Under the pieces are notes generated by a model. It worked only from the letters and a program-made list of their open reading frames with translations, was not told the origin of the DNA and made no database searches. From a virus (Duplodnaviria; Caudoviricetes), in IMG/VR virus record IMGVR_UViG_3300025751_000087, positions 1 through 31,565 of that record: a DNA stretch of 31,565 nt; one strand, given 5' to 3'. This document shows positions 1-9,054 of this stretch, piece after piece. The stretch's first letter is position 1. Every line of letters begins with the position of its first letter. Both the position numbers and the translations under genes were made by a program.

Positions 1-133
1 GATGACAGAAGACGAAGAAGATTACAAAGTAATATACATAAATAAATACGCAAATTGGATGCGTTTTAAAATAAGCACACAAACACAAGCCATTATTAAA
101 GGATGGAAATTGGAAGGGCGTATAATTCAATGA
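1..133 (+). CDS. 3' end of tail nozzle/stabilisation protein (partial second copy of 29576-31345)
   Basis: Encodes ...EDEEDYKVIYINKYANWMRFKISTQTQAIIKGWKLEGRIIQ*, matching the C-terminus of 29576-31345. Confidence 0.9.
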   Translation, partial: MTEDEEDYKVIYINKYANWMRFKISTQTQAIIKGWKLEGRIIQ

Positions 134-353
134 ATGTGGAGTATGTAACGAATAATGATATTGATGAAATTGTTAGCTTCGGTGAGCAATGTTTTAGAAA
201 TATGAAATTAGATAAATTAGGATTAAATTATTGTAAAAAAAGCCATACTCAAAACATGAAAAGGTATATTAATACGGACACCTATGTCAGTATTAAATGC
301 ATGAAAGATCAGTCTATTATTGGTTTTTTATCAGCTTATGCGTCACCGCAGAT
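1..353. repeat. Imperfect terminal direct repeat, left copy (pairs with 31213-31565)
   Basis: Manual alignment at offset 31212: 353 bp, 19 substitutions, no indels. Confidence 0.97.
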
Positions 354-591
354 ATTTAACAATGATCGTGGCATCATGAATGTTTTTACAATACAGGCCA
401 AACCCGGACTGCCAAGCATAACTAAGGGACGTGTTGTAAATGCATTAAGGGTATTTATTGAAGATATATGTAAAAAAGTAGGAATACAATTAATTAATTT
501 TCAGGCAATGATTAGTAATGATTTATCTAAATATTTAGAAAAACATAACTATAAAAAAGGCGATATTTTGTTATATAAGGAGGTAATTTAA
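130..591 (+). CDS. GNAT-fold (acetyltransferase-like) virion assembly protein
   Basis: Start moved to ATG 130 (ATGA overlap with upstream stop). GNAT-like pattern (DIDEIV...IIGFLSA...KYLEKHNYKK). Sits between nozzle and ejection genes as in many podoviruses. Confidence 0.65.
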   Translation: MNVEYVTNNDIDEIVSFGEQCFRNMKLDKLGLNYCKKSHTQNMKRYINTDTYVSIKCMKDQSIIGFLSAYASPQIFNNDRGIMNVFTIQAKPGLPSITKGRVVNALRVFIEDICKKVGIQLINFQAMISNDLSKYLEKHNYKKGDILLYKEVI

Positions 592-592
592 T

Positions 593-853
593 ATGGGAGC
601 ATTAGCACCAATAGGTATGGAGATAGGTAAACAGGCAGCGTTAGGCGTTGGATCGTCAATGTTAGCGAGTGAAGCAAATAAGGCACTTGGACAAACGCAA
701 AAGTCAGGAATACAATCCGGAATGATTTCACCGGCCTTAACTAATTATTTAGGGAAATCCTTAGCGCAACTTGAAGAAGAAAAGAGACGTAAACAAATGT
801 TAGATAGTAGAAGTTTAAATTATAATCCTAATAAATTTGGAGGGTATGCATAA
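593..853 (+). CDS. Small ejection/pilot protein (P22 gp7-like position)
   Basis: Gly/Ala-rich hydrophobic N-terminus, SD AGGAGG, first gene of the ejection cluster. Confidence 0.5.
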   Translation: MGALAPIGMEIGKQAALGVGSSMLASEANKALGQTQKSGIQSGMISPALTNYLGKSLAQLEEEKRRKQMLDSRSLNYNPNKFGGYA

Positions 854-1512
854 TGGGTGGTAAATCAGAAGAAAGAAAAATAAGTGAATCACAACTTGCA
901 GCACAAAAAGAAATGGCAGATGTGCAACTAGCGCAACAATTAGCACAACTTAGAGGGCAACAGCTAGGCCAAGAAGAAGCACTTCAAAGAGCGCAAGATA
1001 TTTACGGTCAAGCCAGTGGCCGATTTGGGACATTGCAACAGGCGGATATACCAGAGCTTACAGGAACGCCAGAAGCCATTACACGATTGCAAGGCTTAAT
1101 ACGTGAAAGAGCTTTACCAGAGCAACAACAAGCATTAAGTAGAACTAAACTAGCACAACAACAGGCAGGAGTTAGAGGCTTAGAAGCTGCATTAATGGCG
1201 CAACAACAAGCTACCAGAATGGGAACTGATTTAGCGAGAGCAGCGGAAGAAGTAGCATTAAAACAAGCATTATCTGATCGTGGATTAAGACAACAAGAAG
1301 CATTAAGACGCCAACAGTCGGCAGAGGAATTCCAAAAACAACAGGCTTTAACTGGATTAGGTCAAACTTTAACACCAGTTCAAAAAGTGGTTGGTGAATC
1401 AGCATTAGAAGCTAAACAGAAAAAAAGAATTGAAGAACTAGAAAAACAAAATACTCTACAAGCACAATTAGCAGCAACGAGACAATTCCAAAGACAGAAA
1501 ATAGGGTTTTAA
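853..1512 (+). CDS. Ejection/DNA pilot protein, Gln/Ala-rich coiled coil
   Basis: MGGK start, Q/A-rich helical composition, TAATG coupling, synteny. Confidence 0.55.
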   Translation: MGGKSEERKISESQLAAQKEMADVQLAQQLAQLRGQQLGQEEALQRAQDIYGQASGRFGTLQQADIPELTGTPEAITRLQGLIRERALPEQQQALSRTKLAQQQAGVRGLEAALMAQQQATRMGTDLARAAEEVALKQALSDRGLRQQEALRRQQSAEEFQKQQALTGLGQTLTPVQKVVGESALEAKQKKRIEELEKQNTLQAQLAATRQFQRQKIGF

Positions 1513-1513
1513 T

Positions 1514-2443
1514 ATGAATCAACAAATAAGAAATAAAGTTAATTTATCAAAAATAGAGCCAAGGCCAAGTAATAACAATATCCTTGCACAATTTTTAGGT
1601 GGTATAGGTAGTATTGGCCAAGGTGTAGGAGAAGCCATAGGACAAGCGGGAACTGGAATTGCCGGGGGTATCGGTCAAGGGGTGGAGCTTATAGGCCAAG
1701 GCATAGGCGAAATGAATAAATCGCCAGAAGGTAGACTTGCATTGCGTGAATTGGTGGGTGCAGCACTTAGAGGCGTAGGGCAAGAAGATTTAGGCGTTGG
1801 GGTTCAACAATTCGCACAGCGTGTTTATCAACCAGAAACACAACGAGCATTGTTTGAAACGCAACAACGAGCAGAAACTAAAAAAGCAGAAAGAAAAGCA
1901 GCAGCGGAAGCAGAAAAAGCAGAAAAAAGAGCTAAAGAACAAATTACAAAACTAGAAGATGATTACAGAAAAGAATATAACACAAAAAAGATAGTAAAAG
2001 ACTCAAAAGAAATTGATTCTGCAATATCAAGAATGGACAACGTTTGGAATAAATATCAAAGCAATCCAAATCCAAACAGTAAAAACGCACTAGATCAAGC
2101 ACTTGTTATTACATTTAATAAAATGTTAGACCCGGGTTCAGTAGTCAGAGAATCAGAGTTTGCACGAACGCCGCAAGGCCAAAGTTTATTTTCTAGAATA
2201 CAAGGAGCTTCAGAAAAACTAGCTGAAGGTGGTGTGGGGCTTACGGATGCAGAAAGAGATGAAATTATTGTTGTTGCTAAACAATTACAAGAAGGCCAAA
2301 TGATTGAACTTGAAAAAGAAAAAGAAATTTACAAAGAGTTAGCACAAAGGCGAGGGCTAAATATTGATAATATAGTTGGCAAAAATAAAATTAAGCCTGC
2401 GGCCCCAAAAGTCTATGATCCACAAACAGGGGAATTTAAATAA
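1514..2443 (+). CDS. Ejection/internal virion protein
   Basis: Gly-rich amphipathic N-terminal repeats, coiled coil, FNKMLDPGSVVRESEF motif I recognise from podovirus internal virion proteins. Confidence 0.6.
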   Translation: MNQQIRNKVNLSKIEPRPSNNNILAQFLGGIGSIGQGVGEAIGQAGTGIAGGIGQGVELIGQGIGEMNKSPEGRLALRELVGAALRGVGQEDLGVGVQQFAQRVYQPETQRALFETQQRAETKKAERKAAAEAEKAEKRAKEQITKLEDDYRKEYNTKKIVKDSKEIDSAISRMDNVWNKYQSNPNPNSKNALDQALVITFNKMLDPGSVVRESEFARTPQGQSLFSRIQGASEKLAEGGVGLTDAERDEIIVVAKQLQEGQMIELEKEKEIYKELAQRRGLNIDNIVGKNKIKPAAPKVYDPQTGEFK

Positions 2444-3909
2444 TGGCAATACAAGTACAAGTAGGTGATCAGTTACTAGAGTTTCCAGAAACTATGACAG
2501 AAGACGAAATAAAACAAGTCTTGCGTAAACAATTTCCAAAACAACCAGAACCAGTACAACAAGTACAAGCACAAACAGAACCAACATTAATTGAAAAGAT
2601 ACGTGGCATATCACCCTTAGAAGTTATAAAAGAAACGCCAAAACAAGTGGCTTCGGACATAGCAAGATTAGCACCGATTGCAGCAGGATTTGTACCAGGG
2701 TTAGGTTTAGCTGCACAATCTGGAATTACTGGAACCAGTCGAGTTATTGAAGGTTTGGCTGAGGGAGAAAGATTACCACAAGCTTTAAAATCAGGGGCTA
2801 TAGCAGCCGGAACTGAATCAGCAATAGGAAAAGCCTTAAAGCTAGGTAAGCCAGCATTAAAACAGATAGCTAAATTTGCTACACGTGCAGAAAAAGGCGT
2901 TATAGATGAAGCAATTAAAAAGCCAATATTAACTAAGATTGATCCTAAAACAAATATAGATACTTCTAATCAAATTAAAACATCGCTTGCAATACTCAAC
3001 AGAAAAAAATCACGTATATATGACAGGGCATTAACCAAAGTAAGCGAAGATGCAAAAAAGCAAGTAACAGATACAAGTAACATAAGTAAAATAATAAAAG
3101 ATTATGATTATAATAAAGCAGGTATACGTGACTTGTTATCAGTAACTAGAGCTAAAACAAAAAAGTATAATCAAAATGCAGTTGATAAATTTATTGCAGG
3201 TAAAGAACTTACTTTTGATGAAGCTAAAAGTGTAAACTCTGTTTTAGCTGACGTGTTACGAAGCACTAATATTGAACCGATTGATAAAATAACAATAGGG
3301 AAACTGAAAGACGGTTTATATAAATCTATGGAGGTTTATCCGGGATTCGAAGAACTAAATAAAAAGTATGCAAAACAAACTAACCTTGTTAAAGATATTG
3401 AAAAAAATCTAGGTAAAGATATTAGCGAAACTAAAGTAAACACACTAACAAATGACGTAATTAAAAGACTAAAAGAAAAGCGACAAACTAAAAGCAGAAC
3501 TATGGATTTGCTTAAAGACTTAGACAAAGAAGTAAAGGCCAAGGGTAATCGTAGTGTAGTTAATCAAATAGAAGCTAACGCATTGCAAGATTCACTCAGT
3601 CAATCTATAGGTAAAAAATCAGGGCTTATAGATAAAATTCTTCCTTATGGACTAGCCGGTAGTGCGCTAGTAGCGCCAGAGGTTGCATTACCACTAGCAG
3701 GTGCAAAATTTGGACAAATGGCTATACAGAGCGGGCCAGTTGCTAGAGCAGCATTAAAAGCTGCACAAGAAGGCGTGCAAGTTCCGCAAGTAGTACCAAG
3801 ACTAGCAGCTAAAGTGCCAGCACTAGCAGTTACCCCAATAGAAAGACAAGAAAGCGGAGGCATAGCCCCAAGATCATTACAACAAATTAAAAAGGAGCGT
3901 GGACTATAA
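2443..3909 (+). CDS. Large ejection/DNA transfer protein
   Basis: 488 aa; N-terminal LEFPETMTEDEIKQVL module; hydrophobic Gly/Ala segments near both ends; synteny. Confidence 0.55.
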   Translation: MAIQVQVGDQLLEFPETMTEDEIKQVLRKQFPKQPEPVQQVQAQTEPTLIEKIRGISPLEVIKETPKQVASDIARLAPIAAGFVPGLGLAAQSGITGTSRVIEGLAEGERLPQALKSGAIAAGTESAIGKALKLGKPALKQIAKFATRAEKGVIDEAIKKPILTKIDPKTNIDTSNQIKTSLAILNRKKSRIYDRALTKVSEDAKKQVTDTSNISKIIKDYDYNKAGIRDLLSVTRAKTKKYNQNAVDKFIAGKELTFDEAKSVNSVLADVLRSTNIEPIDKITIGKLKDGLYKSMEVYPGFEELNKKYAKQTNLVKDIEKNLGKDISETKVNTLTNDVIKRLKEKRQTKSRTMDLLKDLDKEVKAKGNRSVVNQIEANALQDSLSQSIGKKSGLIDKILPYGLAGSALVAPEVALPLAGAKFGQMAIQSGPVARAALKAAQEGVQVPQVVPRLAAKVPALAVTPIERQESGGIAPRSLQQIKKERGL

Positions 3910-4913
3910 TGGCAGTACCAAGTGCAAGTGATTTCAATAAATGGAGTGGAACCAAGTTCACAAATACAGACTGGGATCAGAACATAGACAAAACAGTAGA
4001 AATATTAGCTAATGGCAATTATGACCTTAACGTGGCACAAGTAACAGCTACAAGTTACGTTGGCATACCCTCCGATCAATTTTCGACAATAACAGCAGGT
4101 GAAAACCTTACAGCAGGTGATGTTGTGAGAATTATTGGTGGACAAGCGTATAAAGCAGACAATTCAACAAGTGCCGGTATTACAGCGGTTGTGGGCGTTT
4201 GTAATACCACTGTATCAAGCGGTGGAACGGTTAAAATTGACTATGGGTTTTATAATTCGTTTAGTTCATTAACAGCCGGTACCATATATTACATAGGAAC
4301 AAGTGGATCGATAACAGCAACCAAACCAAGTTTATACCCTGTAGAGATTGGCCGAGCAGTCAGCGCAACAAGAATAAACCTTAATTTTCGCGAAGATGAT
4401 AAACCTACTGGAACTATTATTAGTACAGCTTTAACATCAGCCCCTAAAGGGTATATTGAATGCGACGGTTCAGCAGTTAGTAGAACGACACACGCACGTT
4501 TATTTGGGGAATTAGGCGTTATATATGGTAATGGTGATGGAAGTACCACGTTTAATTTACCTGATTACAGAGGCCGATTTTTAAGAGGTTTTGATAACAC
4601 AGCAGGAACAGACCCGGACGCAGCGTCACGTACAGATCGAGGGGATGGCACGACAGGCGATGCGGTAGGGACTAAACAATCCGATGCATTTCAAGGACAT
4701 CACCATAAATTTTATTCAGCAGCAGATTTGACAAGAGCCAACCCCGGTGGAGGCGGTGATAGTGCAGAAATGCGAGAAGCTGCTAGTGCTACGGTTGCAA
4801 GCGGTAACGATTATGTACAACACGCTACAACAGATTCAACGTTTGGAACAGCACGGATCACAAGTGAAACAAGACCAAAAAACATTAATGTTATGTATTG
4901 TATAAAGCTATAA
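3909..4913 (+). CDS. Short tail fibre protein with phage tail-collar domain
   Basis: PTGTII...APKGYIECDGSAVSRTTHARLF...GDGSTTFNLPDYRGRFLRG collar motif; C-terminal ETRPKNINVMYCIK. Confidence 0.85.
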   Translation: MAVPSASDFNKWSGTKFTNTDWDQNIDKTVEILANGNYDLNVAQVTATSYVGIPSDQFSTITAGENLTAGDVVRIIGGQAYKADNSTSAGITAVVGVCNTTVSSGGTVKIDYGFYNSFSSLTAGTIYYIGTSGSITATKPSLYPVEIGRAVSATRINLNFREDDKPTGTIISTALTSAPKGYIECDGSAVSRTTHARLFGELGVIYGNGDGSTTFNLPDYRGRFLRGFDNTAGTDPDAASRTDRGDGTTGDAVGTKQSDAFQGHHHKFYSAADLTRANPGGGGDSAEMREAASATVASGNDYVQHATTDSTFGTARITSETRPKNINVMYCIKL

Positions 4914-4914
4914 A

Positions 4915-5172
4915 ATGGAACTATTAGAACTCATCCCTGCATTATTAGAAATCATGAAAAGTCCTAACGGTCAGGCATATGTTTTTGTTATACTATATGC
5001 AGGAATGGGTTTCTATGTGTATAAAATGACCACACAATTAAACAATTTTAAAAAAACAATGTCAGAATATAGAGATCATACAGACGAACAATTTAAAGAA
5101 GTTCGAGATGAGCTTAACGACATGAAAAAACTGCTATATAAAATGGCCGGTAAACTCGAAGTCGAAGCATGA
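4915..5172 (+). CDS. Single-TM membrane protein with coiled coil (holin-like)
   Basis: TM segment AYVFVILYAGMGFYVY followed by a heptad-like C-terminus. Confidence 0.45.
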   Translation: MELLELIPALLEIMKSPNGQAYVFVILYAGMGFYVYKMTTQLNNFKKTMSEYRDHTDEQFKEVRDELNDMKKLLYKMAGKLEVEA

Positions 5173-5627
5173 TAAAAGTACACTTTCACAAAAAAGAATA
5201 CAAATGGTGGAATATACTAAAATACACAACAAGCATAATCAAAATATTCTCAAATGATATTTATTATCATGTTAGTTTTGAGATAGATAAAAAGTATTAT
5301 GAATCAGAATTTTTTAGTGGTGTAGCGCGATATGCTAACCCAAGAAATGACATTGCTTACACATTACAATTACATTTAGATAAAAAGATTATTAAAAAAA
5401 TTGTTGATGAATTTGAGTCAATGCTTGGTAAAAAATATGACTTCTTTGGTGTTATATTTGGATTTTTTGGCCAAAAAGTGCATGAATCAGATAAATATTT
5501 TTGTTCCGAATTGTTTTTACCAATTTTAAAACACGCTTACGCAATTACAAAAAATGACTTAAAAACAAATTTAAGCCCTAAAGATGTCCGTATGTTTTGC
5601 CTTGCATTAACAAAAAATGCAAAGTAA
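5169..5627 (+). CDS. Permuted papain-like NlpC/P60 (YaeF/YiiX-type) amidase
   Basis: N-terminal His (YYHVS), LGKKYDF, C-terminal YFCSEL cysteine, LSPKD. Confidence 0.75.
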   Translation: MIKVHFHKKEYKWWNILKYTTSIIKIFSNDIYYHVSFEIDKKYYESEFFSGVARYANPRNDIAYTLQLHLDKKIIKKIVDEFESMLGKKYDFFGVIFGFFGQKVHESDKYFCSELFLPILKHAYAITKNDLKTNLSPKDVRMFCLALTKNAK

Positions 5628-5907
5628 AAACCAAAGTTTGGTAGAAACTACAATGCAAGTTGTATCTGATACTGCAATCAACGTATTTATTGCTGCTCCT
5701 TTGGCATATTTCTTTTATGGTGTTAAAAGTAAAGTCATAATTGAACTAATAATCATTATGACATTAATTAATTTTGGAAAAAGTTATGTCATTAGAAGAT
5801 ACTACAACAATAAAAAAAACAAACGTCACAAATTTAAAAAAGCAATGCGATCAGCTAAACGAAAAAATTACAAATATACAGGATATCACCAAAAATCGCT
5901 GGGATAA
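5617..5907 (+). CDS. Two-TM phage membrane protein (QSKxxSLxE...SYxIRR type)
   Basis: MQSKNQSLVET start, two hydrophobic helices, KSYVIRRYYN motif. Confidence 0.55.
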   Translation: MQSKNQSLVETTMQVVSDTAINVFIAAPLAYFFYGVKSKVIIELIIIMTLINFGKSYVIRRYYNNKKNKRHKFKKAMRSAKRKNYKYTGYHQKSLG

Positions 5908-5998
5908 CATCGACAAGGTTATTGATATATTCAAGACCGGTATTTTGTTATTAATTTTTTTAAATTTAACTATTCTATTTTTTGTTGTTTTTTTATAG
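5786..5998 (+). CDS. Coiled-coil protein with C-terminal TM anchor (XhlA/holin-like)
   Basis: ATG 5786; coiled coil followed by GILLLIFLNLTILFFVVFL; overlaps the previous ORF. Confidence 0.45.
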   Translation: MSLEDTTTIKKTNVTNLKKQCDQLNEKITNIQDITKNRWDNIDKVIDIFKTGILLLIFLNLTILFFVVFL

Positions 5999-6353
5999 TT
6001 TCTAAATCATCATAAAAGTTGTTAGAATCGCCAATGTAAACAATAAATCCTTCATCCTTTTTAGGTACGATTTTTTTATATACTAAAGCTATTTTTACAT
6101 CACGATCATTGAAACCATACTTTTTTTGCAAAATATCCTGTAATGGTTTTATTGGATTATCCCAATCGGATAATTTATTTGAAAAATTAAAAATAAAAAT
6201 TATATAATAAGATTTGATAAGATTTATTTTTTCATTTGGCAGGGTATACAACAGCGTTTTTTCGTATGAGTCATAATTTTTCGTTTTATATCTTCTACCC
6301 TGCCATACCTCATTAACACTTAATAATTTAATTTTTTTTTCAATCTTGTGCAT
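5970..6353 (-). CDS. rusA: RusA-family Holliday junction resolvase
   Basis: SVN motif and DWDNPIKPLQDIL...FNDRDV acidic catalytic pattern. Confidence 0.8.
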   Translation of the reverse strand: MHKIEKKIKLLSVNEVWQGRRYKTKNYDSYEKTLLYTLPNEKINLIKSYYIIFIFNFSNKLSDWDNPIKPLQDILQKKYGFNDRDVKIALVYKKIVPKKDEGFIVYIGDSNNFYDDLETIKKQQKIE

Positions 6354-6355
6354 AA

Positions 6356-6754
6356 TTAAAAAATCTCATTTGCCATGTATCGCAGAGCAAACAGTTGGCG
6401 TGATGCGATTGTATTACTAATCGAAAAATGAAATCTATCATTATTAACTTTTTCGATAGAATCCTGATCTAAAAGATATTTGTGTTTTAATTTATTAAAT
6501 TGATGTTTTATGTCATCAAGAACTGTAAAGTCTGTTAGAGCAATAATTTTTTTTTCACAATCTAACCTTCTTTTTTGATGATCTGTTAATCCTTGTTCAA
6601 TATCAGTTAGCAATAAATCGTGTTTAGTACTTACAATACATATATCAACATATTGTTTTAAGTTTTCACGATATTCTTGGTATTTTTTTTCACCTAAATT
6701 TTGTTTTAGACATGCATTTTTCAAGTGTAAATAACCGTTATTAAGTATCTTCAT
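6356..6754 (-). CDS. Hypothetical protein
   Basis: 132-aa ORF tightly packed in the early operon. Confidence 0.7.
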   Translation of the reverse strand: MKILNNGYLHLKNACLKQNLGEKKYQEYRENLKQYVDICIVSTKHDLLLTDIEQGLTDHQKRRLDCEKKIIALTDFTVLDDIKHQFNKLKHKYLLDQDSIEKVNNDRFHFSISNTIASRQLFALRYMANEIF

Positions 6755-6755
6755 T

Positions 6756-7304
6756 TCAGACTTCCTCCAATAATTTCTTTAATGGATTAACCCCATTCAA
6801 CACATTCTTTTTAGCCTCAATATATACCGTATTAGAGCCTTCAATCTGTTTAATATTATGCTTATTAGGACTTTCTAAAAGCTCGATCTTATTATTTCTC
6901 AAGTCTTTATATAATTCTTTAGCTTCCTTTTCAATAAACACCCAATGTTCAGCTAGACAATCCTCACACCGTTGCTTCCCAATAATCTGCTTAATGGTAT
7001 AAACATCATCATCAATGGGATTCCAATCATAATGGTTTCTTGATTGCTTTCTAAAACGCTCTAAAAACTCATTTACTAGGGCATCTGGTATATCGTTTAC
7101 ATAATCAATAATATTTTTTAATCTTGGGGCAAATTCCGATGTCTCAGCGTGTTTATTTAATGCTTCATTAAGCAATTTTAAATCAATATGCCTTTCGATA
7201 ATTGCTTCAGCCAATGCTTTTATTTGTATTTGTTTGTTTTCTTGTCCTACTAGGGCATATGCTTTTAGTATCATTGCGGTCACTGTTTTTTCGTAGTTAT
7301 TCAT
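6756..7304 (-). CDS. Putative helicase loader/inhibitor-like replication protein
   Basis: Downstream of the initiator; ALNKHAETSEFAPRLKNII resembles the FxPxxxxI motif of phage loader/inhibitor proteins. Confidence 0.45.
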   Translation of the reverse strand: MNNYEKTVTAMILKAYALVGQENKQIQIKALAEAIIERHIDLKLLNEALNKHAETSEFAPRLKNIIDYVNDIPDALVNEFLERFRKQSRNHYDWNPIDDDVYTIKQIIGKQRCEDCLAEHWVFIEKEAKELYKDLRNNKIELLESPNKHNIKQIEGSNTVYIEAKKNVLNGVNPLKKLLEEV

Positions 7305-7648
7305 TAAATTAAATCCTTTAGATAGTGGATGATGTATAGTTTTGGGGATATGGTAACAAAAAGTAACTTGCTAAGATTATAAATGAAAGGGATTAGTGCT
7401 ATTAATGATAGCAATACAGTGTAAGCAATGGCTTCCGGTTCTTCATTGTTTTTTATAAAAAGTATTATCGTGCCAACAAATAATAATAGACATACAAGGC
7501 TAATAATTGTCAAAACGCTATATTTAAACATCCCCCATCTAATAATCTCCTCTAGAATAGCTGGTAGTTCAGCATTTGCGGTATCAATAACCGTCTTTAA
7601 TCCCTCCAATATTTGATTTAAATTTTCGTTTAATAATTCTTTATTCAT
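7304..7648 (-). CDS. Two-TM membrane protein
   Basis: Two long hydrophobic helices; overlaps neighbouring genes. Confidence 0.7.
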   Translation of the reverse strand: MNKELLNENLNQILEGLKTVIDTANAELPAILEEIIRWGMFKYSVLTIISLVCLLLFVGTIILFIKNNEEPEAIAYTVLLSLIALIPFIYNLSKLLFVTISPKLYIIHYLKDLI

Positions 7649-7773
7649 GCAGACACCCCTAGCATATATATAATTGGTAAACCATATACAAGAATTACTT
7701 GATCAGTTGCAAGTGCAACACTATATATAATTAATGACACTGTTGCCATAATAAAAATTCGTTTATTCATCAT
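7645..7773 (-). CDS. Small 42-aa membrane peptide (not in ORF track)
   Basis: MMNKRIFIMATVSLIIYSVALATDQVILVYGLPIIYMLGVSA; SD GGAGG upstream; TGA overlaps the next ATG; fills the gap exactly. Confidence 0.7.
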   Translation of the reverse strand: MMNKRIFIMATVSLIIYSVALATDQVILVYGLPIIYMLGVSA

Positions 7774-8598
7774 TTATTTTCCTCCAATCAATTCTTCATA
7801 AATATTTCTCAAGTTATCTTCTTGCGAAACGTTAGGCTTTGATTTGTATTTACCTTCAACAATTTTAAGCCAGTTATTAGGGCTACAGAATACCCAGTCG
7901 AAGTCGGCCTTCCAGTCTTTGTTGTTCGTTCCCAGCAAAAACGGAGATTCTTGTATGCAATTGTATATTTCTTGTAGATCAAACCCATCTTCACGTTGAC
8001 GCGCATTAATCCCACTTATGCGTTTAATTGTTAGCTGTCTAATTTCTGATAACCCATTACTTTTGGCAAATGCATTCCAAGATTCGAGAATTAAGTCATA
8101 GTGATTTGACTTCTTTTCGACAATAGTATTTATACTATTATCTTCTCTTTCTTTCTTATATCTTTCTTTCTTATATTCTTTAGTTGTGTGCGTGTGTTGT
8201 TCGCAACCTGTTCGTTTGTTGTTCGTTTGTTGTTCGATAGGCTGTTCGTTTGTTGTTCTATCTGTTGTTCTCATGGATGTTATTTCATCGTAATTTTGTA
8301 TTGAAACTATGGTAAATTTTGTTGTGCTTTCTGTTGTGACTAACTTGTGCTTATCCCTGAGACGGTATAGTGCTTTTGTTGTGACCGAACCGTCCCGTTG
8401 TTGTGCGTCAGACCATGACTTTCTGCTAAATAAAACTTGCCCTCTTTTAAGCTGATATTGTATTCCATGAATCATTGATGGTGTTTCTGCGTCATTAACC
8501 CTAGCCTTTAGTAGTAATCGTATAAAAAGCTCTCTGGCGATTACGTCAGAACCAAACCAATCGTCGATATCTTGTGGTATAGGAACCTTCCACATCAT
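7774..8598 (-). CDS. Phage replication initiator (lambda O/DnaD-like architecture)
   Basis: N-terminal wHTH-like region (LKRGQ...FTIVSIQNYD), repetitive linker carrying iterons, C-terminal WKADFDWV...KIVEGKY. Confidence 0.8.
   Translation of the reverse strand: MMWKVPIPQDIDDWFGSDVIARELFIRLLLKARVNDAETPSMIHGIQYQLKRGQVLFSRKSWSDAQQRDGSVTTKALYRLRDKHKLVTTESTTKFTIVSIQNYDEITSMRTTDRTTNEQPIEQQTNNKRTGCEQHTHTTKEYKKERYKKEREDNSINTIVEKKSNHYDLILESWNAFAKSNGLSEIRQLTIKRISGINARQREDGFDLQEIYNCIQESPFLLGTNNKDWKADFDWVFCSPNNWLKIVEGKYKSKPNVSQEDNLRNIYEELIGGK
8130..8270. repeat. Putative replication origin: 7 TGTTC iteron cores plus adjacent AT-rich, strand-skewed tract
   Basis: TGTTC at 8198, 8209, 8220, 8231, 8243, 8254, 8266 (11-12 bp period); CTTTCTTATA repeated within 8151-8175. 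Confidence 0.7.
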
Positions 8599-8894
8599 AC
8601 AACCTCTGGGATATATCTTTTTAGCTTGTCTGAGTTAATTATATACCAATTCTTAGGGGGTGAGCCTCGACGCTCAGTCTCTAGCATCTCAAGATCGTAC
8701 AAGCGTTTTTTAATCGGTAGTTGTTGCGTTCTAGATAACCCAGTATTTTGAAACATTTGATCGGCAGTAACTAAAAACCAGTCTTTATTAGCATATAAAA
8801 ATTCACTGATCATAAAACTCATAAATAAAGCCTCTTTTGCGTTAAGTGTGGGCAGTAAACTCGTAAAAAATATAATGTGTCTTTGTTTGTTCAT
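8595..8894 (-). CDS. Winged-HTH DNA-binding protein
   Basis: TADQMFQNTGLSRTQQLPIKKRLYDLEML...RGSPPKNWY; SD AAGGAG. Confidence 0.65.
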   Translation of the reverse strand: MNKQRHIIFFTSLLPTLNAKEALFMSFMISEFLYANKDWFLVTADQMFQNTGLSRTQQLPIKKRLYDLEMLETERRGSPPKNWYIINSDKLKRYIPEVV

Positions 8895-8952
8895 AGGAAC
8901 TCCTTAATATTAGAATTTCACTATTATTGGTAGTGAATTTGTTTATATTAGT

Positions 8953-8981
8953 ATTATATGTGTATATGTATTTCGTGTCAA
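8953..8981 (-). promoter_or_regulatory. Consensus sigma70 promoter for the replication operon
   Basis: TTGACA-17 nt-TATAAT, perfect consensus on the minus strand. Confidence 0.9.
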
Positions 8982-8982
8982 C

Positions 8983-9015
8983 AAAAAAAAAGGCCACATA
9001 AAATATATGTAGCCT
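8983..9015 (-). terminator. Intrinsic terminator
   Basis: AGGCTACATA-TATTT-TATGTGGCCT stem (one G-U) followed by 8 T. Confidence 0.8.
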
Positions 9016-9028
9016 CTAAACAAATTCA
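8983..9028 (-). ncRNA. Candidate sRNA U3 (5' end antisense to the replication mRNA leader)
   Basis: TTGCTT-18-TATAAT promoter at 9064-9035; 12-nt complement of 8934-8945 at predicted +1; own terminator. Confidence 0.45.
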
Positions 9029-9054
9029 ATAATAATTATACATGATTCCTAAAC

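Noticed and set aside
2494-2508. 15-nt match (ATGACAGAAGACGAA) to window positions 2-16, possible att or junction site
   Set aside because: Short, purine-rich, inside coding sequence and dependent on one variant base at the contig edge; chance or an edge artefact
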